The notes under the pieces are model-generated. The model saw nothing but the letters and a program-made list of their open reading frames with translations. It had not been told where the DNA came from and searched no databases. Below are positions 56,534 to 64,000 of a stretch of DNA of 64,000 bases, in pieces. Positions within the stretch are counted from its first letter, which is position 1, and each line of letters begins with the position of its first letter. Source of the DNA: an uncultured Acidimicrobiia bacterium (GTDB taxonomy: Bacteria; Acidobacteriota; Terriglobia; Versatilivoradales; Versatilivoraceae); NCBI GenBank assembly GCA_963786955.1, contig CAWBAT010000006.1, forward strand, positions 640,001-704,000. Direction: 5' to 3'. Position numbers and translations under genes: made by a program.

Positions 56534-57214
56534 CTATTGGGATAGCGGAATGCTCTGGGTTAGGACAGTGAACGAACCATCTTGAATTGAGCCGACAGCA
56601 TAGACAACTAACAAATTGCCGGCATCCGGCTTTAAACTTACAGGTCCAAAAACGGGCCGCTTTTTCCCTGGCAAGGCGAGCCAGGCTGCGTAACCGTGAG
56701 TTCGAATGTCGGCTCCGGCTTCCGTACCATTTGAGAGAGTGAAAAGCGACTTGCCGTTTGCAATTACAGATACAGTCGGGGCCAACGCGACATGCCGCAC
56801 AAAAAGTCTCGAACTCAGGACCGCAGCAGGCGGTAGCCCACGCTCATTGGCAATTGTCGAATCGTCATTAAAAAAAGGGGTCAAAGCTGGGGCACCATTG
56901 CCATTAAGATGAGCGACCACAGAAACATTCTGGCCCTCGGAAAGTGCTGCCGCCAGCGTCAGAATAGGGAGGCTCGAGGTTGGATCCTGTCCGGCTAAGT
57001 ATACCTTAATATCATAATTACCGGCTTGAAGGGAAACTTGTCCAGTCACAGTGCCAAAGGTGAAACCCGGCAAGAACAGACCATCATTGACGTACACATC
57101 AACCACTGCGCCAGGAATGCCATGGATCACTGAAGCCTTCACATCCGCCACAGCGGCACTGCTTGGAATGAATGTGATCGCGAGTACTAAGAGGGTTGCT
57201 ATTCTATTCAGCAT
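56534..57214 (-). CDS. Secreted DUF4397-like protein
   Basis: Signal peptide; two repeats (VIHGIPGAVVDVYVN; LFVRHVALAPTVSV); AAGGAG RBS. Confidence 0.8.
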   Translation of the reverse strand: MLNRIATLLVLAITFIPSSAAVADVKASVIHGIPGAVVDVYVNDGLFLPGFTFGTVTGQVSLQAGNYDIKVYLAGQDPTSSLPILTLAAALSEGQNVSVVAHLNGNGAPALTPFFNDDSTIANERGLPPAAVLSSRLFVRHVALAPTVSVIANGKSLFTLSNGTEAGADIRTHGYAAWLALPGKKRPVFGPVSLKPDAGNLLVVYAVGSIQDGSFTVLTQSIPLSQ

Positions 57215-57350
57215 GACTTTCTCCTTTTTTTGATGGATTTGTATTTATATAATTGAGTTATTTCACGAGGGTAGCGACTGAAGTTTTGAATAGTCAATGA
57301 GGAACTTCAGCAGAGCGAATTTTTGAGAACTGGCATCGGTGTGCATCAAA

Positions 57351-57653
57351 TCAAACCAGTGCCCCGTCTGGGGTGAAAAAGTTTTCGTGCTCCAATTTGT
57401 GGAGGTATCGATTTACGGCGATTTCTTCTTGAGCCTTCTTCTCATCGTATTCTCTGAAATTGGCAGTCAATGGTGCAGATAAATACATCCAGCTTTCAGA
57501 CCCACAACTTGAACAGGTCAAAGTCCCTGATGAGTTAACCGCCAGTATTCGATTAGCCTCACAATTTGCGCAGAAAACAATCCGATTATCCAACGAGCGC
57601 TTGACAATATGCTGTGAAGCCTTACCGAGATTTCGCCAGGATTTTAGTGTCAT
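57351..57653 (-). CDS. Hypothetical CxxC-CxxC zinc-ribbon protein
   Basis: FCANC...LTCSSCGS; GGGGAG RBS; first gene after the leftward promoter. Confidence 0.7.
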   Translation of the reverse strand: MTLKSWRNLGKASQHIVKRSLDNRIVFCANCEANRILAVNSSGTLTCSSCGSESWMYLSAPLTANFREYDEKKAQEEIAVNRYLHKLEHENFFTPDGALV

Positions 57654-57744
57654 TTTCGACTCCCCTTCTTAAATTTAGCCTTTCATGGCAAATCCGCTCA
57701 ATCCCTGTCCCTACCCCCCTTCCCTCAATCTTTACTGCAAGACT

Positions 57745-57777
57745 TATATTAGATATTGTTTATATATTGTCAATATA
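57745..57777 (-). promoter_or_regulatory. Leftward promoter with CarH-type operator repeats
   Basis: Minus strand TATATTGACAA-TATATAAACAA-TATCTAATATA tandem 11-mers containing TTGACA. Confidence 0.75.
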
Positions 57778-57880
57778 ATTTTCAGAAATCTAATTCAAGA
57801 TATTGCTCTAAGCGACATTATTTTTAATAGAAAGCTATTATTATATTACAGTTAATTATTAATTGAGAAAATAGAATTAA

Positions 57881-57923
57881 AATATAAACAATATATTGAC
57901 ATTATCTGTTAATTCTTTATAAT
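57881..57923 (+). promoter_or_regulatory. Rightward sigma70 promoter with CarH-type operator repeats
   Basis: AATATAAACAA-TATATTGACAT-TATCTGTTAAT; TTGACA (57896-57901) N16 TATAAT (57918-57923). Confidence 0.8.
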
Positions 57924-57973
57924 CAGTGTACTTTGGTCGGCTGACCAACAACCATTAATCGAAGAGGAAACCT

Positions 57974-59248
57974 ATGATCAAACTTGCTTTTCTGTCGATA
58001 TCAAAGTACTTCTCTGTATTCCTATTGTTAGTTGTCCTAGCACCGTTCGCGCGGGCACAGGCACAAGTGGAACCGTCGGTCGGGGCGGAAGATGCCGTAA
58101 CAAGTCTCAAGAGCTTCGGATGGAGCCGTTGGCTAAGCCGGTACGAGTGGAACCGCGTCACCGAGAACGCAGAATGGCAAGGGCGCGCCGGACTGCAGGC
58201 AGTCCAACTGCGTAACGACCTCTATGTGATGGGCGGCCGAGGCGCCTTTAACCCGTTCGGCACCGCCATCTACTCCGACGTCTGGAAGAGTGAGAACCAG
58301 GGCGCTACCTGGGCGCCGGTAGCCGCTTCACCTTGGCCAGCTCGAGCATACTTCCAAGCAGTCCGCCACCGTGGCAAGATGTTCGTCCTCGGCGGGCAGA
58401 ACTTCGACGTACTGCCGAATCCAGGCTCCCCGACCTGTCCCAACAATCCTCCCGGGGTCCCCTGCTTTCCGTTCATTCCGAACTCAACCTTCTTCAACGA
58501 CGTGTGGAGCAGCCAGGACGGAGCGAACTGGGCACCGGTCACACCCGCCGCGGACTGGGCGGGCCGAGCCGGATTGAGCGCGGTCGTCTTCAAGGGCGAC
58601 ATCTACGTCCTCGGGGGCAGCCAAGGCGACGATGCGGCAACGGGCGGCCGGGGGCGGGTTTTCTTCAGGGACGTCTGGAAGTCGAGCGACGGACAGACGT
58701 GGACGCCGGTGACCGAGAACGCCCCTTGGGCGGCACGTGCGGGCGCGGCCGTGGTTGTCAAAAACGGCTACATCTACCTGCTCGGCGGCGAGCGGGGCTT
58801 CACGTGCGGCGCTGCGAAGGGCTGCGTCGCCGAACGCGACCTCTACTTTAACGACGTCTGGCGCTCCAAGAATGGCGCAGACTGGGAGTCTGTGACCTCC
58901 GCGGCGGGTTGGTCAGCTCGGCCCGGCCACCAGTGCGTCGTGCTGCTAAACCAGATCGTGTGCTTTGGCGGATATGGTGAGCCCCAGAACCCGAACGACA
59001 TCTGGGCCAGCATTGACGGCAAGGATTGGGAGAAACTCGAGACGCCGGCTTCGCCGCCATGGAACGCGGCTACGCCAAACGACGTGAAGTACGACTTCGA
59101 TGCCCTCGTAGTGAATGGCGGACCTGGCGGGCTAATCCCCTCCATTATGACGTTCGGCGGGGACCGCGAGCGTTTCGAGTTTCCACCGGAGGAGAATGCG
59201 ACGCGGGTGGACAACGACGTCTGGCGTATGCACCCGCCACGCAGGTAG
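57974..59248 (+). CDS. Secreted Kelch-repeat beta-propeller with Asp-box-like turns
   Basis: Signal peptide; about 5-6 repeats of W.(G/A)RA....V.....YV(L/M)GG...(N/S/R)DVW.S.(D/N)G..W. Confidence 0.85.
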   Translation: MIKLAFLSISKYFSVFLLLVVLAPFARAQAQVEPSVGAEDAVTSLKSFGWSRWLSRYEWNRVTENAEWQGRAGLQAVQLRNDLYVMGGRGAFNPFGTAIYSDVWKSENQGATWAPVAASPWPARAYFQAVRHRGKMFVLGGQNFDVLPNPGSPTCPNNPPGVPCFPFIPNSTFFNDVWSSQDGANWAPVTPAADWAGRAGLSAVVFKGDIYVLGGSQGDDAATGGRGRVFFRDVWKSSDGQTWTPVTENAPWAARAGAAVVVKNGYIYLLGGERGFTCGAAKGCVAERDLYFNDVWRSKNGADWESVTSAAGWSARPGHQCVVLLNQIVCFGGYGEPQNPNDIWASIDGKDWEKLETPASPPWNAATPNDVKYDFDALVVNGGPGGLIPSIMTFGGDRERFEFPPEENATRVDNDVWRMHPPRR

Positions 59249-59374
59249 TCGTGAACCGAGCAGACATGAGACTCGAGCTTGTTAGATTGCTATTTATCTT
59301 TGGTATCGCTAAGTGCTCCTGCGCGGCGGCGGCCCCCGAGGGCGTTAACTTGCCAGTCCAAATAAATCATTGAA

Positions 59375-60379
59375 ATGAAAACTGTTGGAGTCTACAAAAT
59401 GGCATCGGTGATCCGGATGACCGGGTTCACCCCGTCTTTGTTGAGAGCTTGGGAGAAGCGTTACGACGTCCTGCACCCGGCACGGGCGTTGGGTGGCCAT
59501 CGATTGTATACAGAAGATGACCTGAAAATTCTCTTCCGCATTAAGAGCTTGATCGCTCAGGGTCGCTCCATTGGAGAAATTGCCTTATTCGGACGGGAAA
59601 ATCTTTTGGAAGCACTTCCTGCACGGGGCATGTCCGGAAAGGAATCACAATCGACTGGAAAACTTGCCGAACCTTGGCTGATTGAGAGAGAGGCGGAATC
59701 TCCGCCTCAGGGAAATAGCACAGTCCTTAACGAACAGCTCGAGAAGTGTTCCAATGATATTGTTGAGGCGGCTGTCGCGATTGATTCCGTGGCACTCGAA
59801 GCAGCCTTAAATCAAGCCTTCAGTATTGTGCCCCCGGATGTAGTGATCCGCGAAGTTTTGGAGCCCAGCGCTACGAACATTGGAGAGCTTTGGACGAAGG
59901 GAAGCTGCAGTGTCGCTGGAGAGCATTTGGCCAGTGGGATCTTTATCCATCATTTACAGAAGCTGATTGAGTCCTCAAGACCGCAGGGCCGCTCTGCCCC
60001 AACAGCCATTTGCGCCTGTTTCCCCGATGAGCAGCACCAAATCGGAACACTAGTGCTGGCCTATTATTTATGCCTTCACGGAATAAGTGTCTCCTACTTG
60101 GGGGCTTCATTGCCTTTCGAAGAACTGGAACATGCCTGCAAACTAGTTGCCCCTCGGGCAGTTTATTTATCGGTAACGAGGCCGGTTGTTTTTTTAACCC
60201 ATCGGCCGCGTTTACTAGAGATGATGGCTCGACTCAATGGAAAGCTCGATATTTACATTGGAGGTGGCGGCATCAGGGCGGAAGATCCGGAACTTGAACA
60301 ATTAGGAGCGAAGGTCTGGATTGGCAAATGTCCCCCTATCGGGCTCACTGACAATTTACTTCCAACAGGATTTGAATGA
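59375..60379 (+). CDS. MerR-family B12-binding transcriptional regulator (CarH/LitR photoreceptor)
   Basis: LLRAWEKRY...GGHRLYTEDD HTH; W-x9-EH (WTKGSCSVAGEH); E-x-H-x-x-G (EQHQIG); YLGASLP, LSVT, IGG. Confidence 0.92.
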   Translation: MKTVGVYKMASVIRMTGFTPSLLRAWEKRYDVLHPARALGGHRLYTEDDLKILFRIKSLIAQGRSIGEIALFGRENLLEALPARGMSGKESQSTGKLAEPWLIEREAESPPQGNSTVLNEQLEKCSNDIVEAAVAIDSVALEAALNQAFSIVPPDVVIREVLEPSATNIGELWTKGSCSVAGEHLASGIFIHHLQKLIESSRPQGRSAPTAICACFPDEQHQIGTLVLAYYLCLHGISVSYLGASLPFEELEHACKLVAPRAVYLSVTRPVVFLTHRPRLLEMMARLNGKLDIYIGGGGIRAEDPELEQLGAKVWIGKCPPIGLTDNLLPTGFE

Positions 60380-60830
60380 CTCGATCAGAAGACAGGCAGA
60401 GCACCCTCCTCTGAGGTAAGGTCCCAGCCGTAGAACCCCTTCTGATCTCCCTTCCTTCTGAATGATCCTCAAACGAATGATCCATAATAACGATTCCCGG
60501 AAGCTTGTCGTAAGCAAGTTCGCTTGCGGAGACTGTGCTTGGCAAGAAAAGACAAAACCTGGTCCCCCGGACCGTTTTAACTCTTCTACCGCAGAATCTT
60601 CCTCTTTGTCCAACGTGATTTTTTAATCCGATGGCCTTCCATCCGGGTTTCCAAGGTTGCCTCGTCAATGTGTTGGAGGAGGAATGTCTGCATTTCTTTT
60701 CTTTCTTTAACAGCCTATAGACCGAGGATTCCAAATTACAGATTAAACCAATACAATGTGAGATAATGCGTTTGCTATTCTCTCTAGAAAGAATTCATGT
60801 CGTATTCCCTATTGTTCTGTGAGGTTCACC

Positions 60831-62573
60831 ATGTCTAAAAAATCGTCCTGGATGATTGTGATCATCATTGCGGCTCTTTTCCTTTTCATCGGCGTTCTTC
60901 TTTTGGGAACCTACCGGCTCCTGTCCCCATCCAAGATCGATATTACCGAAAATAGTGTATTGGAGTTGAGTTTCTCAGGTGAAATTCCGGAGTTGCCTCC
61001 GCATTCTCCCTTGGCCCAATTCGTACAGCGTGATGGAGTTTCGCTATACGAGTTGGGCCGACTCTTGCAAGTTGCCTCTCGAGACCCCCATATCGTCGCG
61101 ATCCATCTTTCGAGCCACTCGTTGGGGTTTAGCTGGGCCCAGGTGGAAGAAGTCCGGGGTTTCCTCAAAGAATTTCGCCAGTCGAACAAGAAAGTCGTCG
61201 CCAGTTTGTTTGGCGACATGCCTGAAGAAAAAGATTTTTACCTGGTTTCCCAGTCCGACGAGATTTATCTCAATCCAGACGCCGGCTTGCTCATCAACGG
61301 CCTCAATGTCGATGTCCCTTTCTTTAAGCGAACAATGGAGAAACTTCATATTGAGCCCCAGATGATCATGCTGAAAGAGTACAAGAATCCAGAGACCTAT
61401 ACGCGAGAGAAGTTTACGCCTGAGTTTCGGTCAATGTATGAGGGGATTCTGACCGATGTTCAAGATCGCTTCATCCAGACGGTTGCCGAAGATAGAAAGA
61501 TTTCTCCCCTTCGGCTCCGGGCGTTCATGAATATCGGGATGACTCCGGCGGCGCTCGCTTTGAAAGAGGGCCTAGTGACTGCTCTCGGCTACGATGATGA
61601 AGTCCGAACCCGACTGGTTGCGGAACAACGAACCGGCAGCAAAAAATATCGAGGGGTCACGGCATCCCAATATCTCGAGGCGGTGCGTCACCGCATCGAC
61701 AAGAAAGCCCGGCATCGAATTGCCTTGTTGGGTGGAATCGGCCAAATCATTTCCGGAAAGAGTGAAGACGTCTGGGGCGAGATGATGGGCGGAGAAACAA
61801 TGGTGGCCCGCCTCCGCGAGATCGGTGAGGACAAGGAAATTGAAGGAGTCCTGTTCCGCGTGGATAGTCCCGGTGGATCGGCAGTCGGTTCCGACAAAAT
61901 TTGGCGGGAGATTCGCCTGTTGGAAAAAAGCGGGAAAAAAGTCATTGTGAGTATGTCGGGAGTTGCTGGCTCAGGGGGTTATTATATCGCCATGGGGGCC
62001 AGTAAGATCGTCGCTGAACCTTCGACAATCACCGGTTCCATCGGGGTCCTGTTTGCCAAATTTAACGTTCGTGGTCTGTTGGAGCATTGGTTGGGAGTCA
62101 ACACCGACCAGATCAAAATGGCTGATAATGCGGATATCTTCTCACTCTTTCATTCCCTGTCGGAAGAACAGAAAACCCAAGTCCAGTCGTGGATGGAGGA
62201 CATCTACAAGAATTTCGTGCAAAAAGCCGCGGAAGGCCGGGGGATGACCTTCGATGAACTAGAACCCAAGGCCCATGGCCGTATTTACACCGGGGCTCAA
62301 GCCAAAGAAATCCACCTGATTGATGAAATCGGCGGTCTCAATACTGCTCTGCAGCTCCTCAAGAAAGAGCTCAAAATTCCTGAAAGCGAGGAAGTCCAGA
62401 TCATTCTTTACCCTAAGCCCAAAAGCCTCTGGCAAAGCCTGTCAGAAGGAGAGCTCTTCAAGACTTACTTGTCGACTTCGACACCCTCGATCGAATCCCG
62501 ACTCAAGGAAATTATTCATGGCCTGGAAACTCCCTCGCCCTGTCTCTTGCTTCCTGAAGCAGAAATCCGATAG
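60831..62573 (+). CDS. sppA: Signal peptide peptidase SppA (67K type)
   Basis: RVDSPGGSAVGS, SMSGVAGSGGYYIA, TITGSIGV, GRIYTGAQA; tandem S49 domains. Confidence 0.95.
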   Translation: MSKKSSWMIVIIIAALFLFIGVLLLGTYRLLSPSKIDITENSVLELSFSGEIPELPPHSPLAQFVQRDGVSLYELGRLLQVASRDPHIVAIHLSSHSLGFSWAQVEEVRGFLKEFRQSNKKVVASLFGDMPEEKDFYLVSQSDEIYLNPDAGLLINGLNVDVPFFKRTMEKLHIEPQMIMLKEYKNPETYTREKFTPEFRSMYEGILTDVQDRFIQTVAEDRKISPLRLRAFMNIGMTPAALALKEGLVTALGYDDEVRTRLVAEQRTGSKKYRGVTASQYLEAVRHRIDKKARHRIALLGGIGQIISGKSEDVWGEMMGGETMVARLREIGEDKEIEGVLFRVDSPGGSAVGSDKIWREIRLLEKSGKKVIVSMSGVAGSGGYYIAMGASKIVAEPSTITGSIGVLFAKFNVRGLLEHWLGVNTDQIKMADNADIFSLFHSLSEEQKTQVQSWMEDIYKNFVQKAAEGRGMTFDELEPKAHGRIYTGAQAKEIHLIDEIGGLNTALQLLKKELKIPESEEVQIILYPKPKSLWQSLSEGELFKTYLSTSTPSIESRLKEIIHGLETPSPCLLLPEAEIR

Positions 62574-62872
62574 GGGGTTTCCCTTCTCCGACAGAAGCCC
62601 GGAGTTTTTCAATCTTGTGAAGGTTTGCTGCCTGAGTGTTCCAGCTTGGTCATCGCTGATCTTCTGACACAGGATGGAAACCTGCGCCTCACGAAGGTGA
62701 TCCGGTTGTCGTGAGCCTGGCAAGCAGTCAACCAGAAATAACGCCGCCCTTCGCTGTTGCTCACAATTTCGCCATCCCTTTTCATTGGGTGCCCCGAAAC
62801 GAAGCGGCGTTTGCAGGGCCTTGTAGAGTTAATGAATCGCCTGATCTTCCCGAAGAATCTCCTAAAAAATTA

Positions 62873-62933
62873 TTGACAGCTGGGCATTGAGAATTTAAGC
62901 TTCTCACTTATCAAATGAAAGTGATTTTCATTT
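62873..62933 (+). promoter_or_regulatory. Sigma70 promoter with downstream Fur-family (Fur/Zur) 7-1-7 box
   Basis: TTGACA-N17-TAAGCT (62873-62901); AAA-TGAAAGT-G-ATTTTCA-TTT (62913-62933). Confidence 0.7.
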
Positions 62934-62976
62934 TCATTTTCAATCGGACTCGGAACCTCCGAATTGGAGAGACGAT

Positions 62977-63858
62977 TTGAGTTTTCATAAGTTCATCAGA
63001 ATCTGGTTTGTATCGATGATTTTTATTCTTCAAAGGCTTTCTTTCACTACAGTGCCGAACGACCTTATTTCGTCACTTATGACCACCATCTCGAAGAGCC
63101 GGGAAGCTTGGAATTTGCCATTGCGCCAGTCTGGGGAATCCCAAAAACCGGGAATCAATTTGTTGGGGCCTGGACGGAATTTGAATATGGGGTCAAAGCC
63201 TGGTGGACCACCGAATTTTATTTTACCGGACAATCAACCCAAAATGACAGCACGATCTCCACTGGGTTTCGCTGGGAAAATCGCTTTAGGCTCCTCGCCC
63301 GGGAACACTGGATTAATCCGGTATTCTACATTGAGTACGAAAATTCCAGTGAAGCAGACAAGACCTTGAAGGAAATTGTCGGAGTTGGTCCGAACGAACG
63401 ACTCTCCGAACCGAACAGTCATACTCGGGAAGAAAAAGAGCAGGAAATCGAGTTAAAGCTCATCTTGTCAAGCGATTTTAAAGGGTGGAACATCTCGGAA
63501 AACTTCATCGCGGCCAAGAGCATTACATCGAGCGAATCATGGAATTTTGGCTACGCATTTGGATTCAATCGGCCACTGGCTCTCAAGGCCCGTCCGGAAT
63601 GAATGCACGTTTTGTGCAGAAAACTTTCGTCTTGGGGCGGAATTTTACGGCGGACTTGGAAACTATTACGAGTTCGGACCGTCCGGGACTTGCCATTTCG
63701 CTGCCTTGGTGGCCGCTTGGGATTTGCCGAATGGTACAACCTTCCGGATCTCCCCTGCTGCGGGATTGACGGAGAACAGCCCTCAGTTCCTTTTAAGATT
63801 TGGGATCTCGCACGAGATCCCCCGCTTCGGGAGCATGATGAAGCGAATGTTCCGTTAG
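62977..63858 (+). CDS. Putative outer-membrane beta-strand-rich protein; frameshifted
   Basis: Signal peptide, PYFVTYDHHLEEPGSLE, amphipathic strands (EFEYGVKAWWTTEFY, NPVFYIEYE, LGAEFYGGLG, FLLRFGISHE). Confidence 0.7.
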
Positions 63859-63908
63859 GATTTAATGCCGTAAATTCCCCTGCATCATTTCAGCCGAGGA
63901 GCAACCTT

Positions 63909-64000
63909 ATGCAAGGCCCCCAAAAAGCAATATCGATCGTTTTCACTTTTTTGATCTTCTTTCCCGTGCTCGCTATAAACTCGCGGGCCGATGGAAATGA
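63909..64000 (+). CDS. N-terminus of an exported protein (partial)
   Basis: GAGGAG RBS and a signal-peptide-like MQGPQKAISIVFTFLIFFPVLAINSRADGN. Confidence 0.55.
   Translation, partial: MQGPQKAISIVFTFLIFFPVLAINSRADGN

Noticed and set aside
57974-59248. DNA-level repeat array or diversity-generating target in the Kelch gene
   Set aside because: Recurring GACGTCTGG/GACGTGTGG motifs are explained by DVW protein repeats, and no reverse transcriptase is present in the window.
60345-60734. Minus-strand ORFs between carH and sppA
   Set aside because: No recognisable motif or RBS, and they overlap the carH 3' end; they could be a decayed gene but this is unsupported.
893-63858. Widespread pseudogenisation or programmed frameshifting
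   Set aside because: Small indels hit many unrelated genes, often in homopolymers, while catalytic motifs stay intact. Long-read consensus error is the simplest explanation; read polishing would confirm.

Overview
A bacterial chromosomal window of about 55 mostly housekeeping or metabolic genes. An Acidobacteriota origin is inferred from gene content, e.g. the membrane Ser/Thr kinase-TPR protein and a DUF4760-like protein. Many genes are broken by 1-4 nt indels (ppx, hutU, hutI, larA, thiD, GMC oxidoreductase, cfa and others), most likely long-read consensus errors rather than true pseudogenes. Recognisable blocks are: a histidine-utilisation operon ending in a THF-dependent FTCD; queF and a ferredoxin; a sugar-catabolism-like group (SDR, PfkB kinase, Zn-dehydrogenase, HPS/KGPDC-family enzyme); a hemD-hemE fusion; tRNA-Cys; integron-cassette-like relics with no integrase; several MITE/REP-type repeats, one of them nested; sppA; and a putative outer-membrane gene preceded by a Fur-family box. 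The most interesting system is at 50.8-60.4 kb. There a CarH/LitR-type coenzyme-B12 photoreceptor with intact W-x9-EH and ExHxxG motifs lies beside an AT-rich divergent promoter. Both TTGACA -35 boxes of that promoter are embedded in tandem 11-bp CarH-operator-like repeats. One side drives a secreted Kelch/Asp-box propeller plus the regulator. The other drives a Zn-ribbon protein, a DUF4397 protein and a furan/methyl-branched fatty-acid (ufa-like) modification operon. This suggests a B12- and light-gated lipid-remodelling regulon with no carotenoid or photolyase genes in the window. All family assignments come from motif recognition, not database searches.
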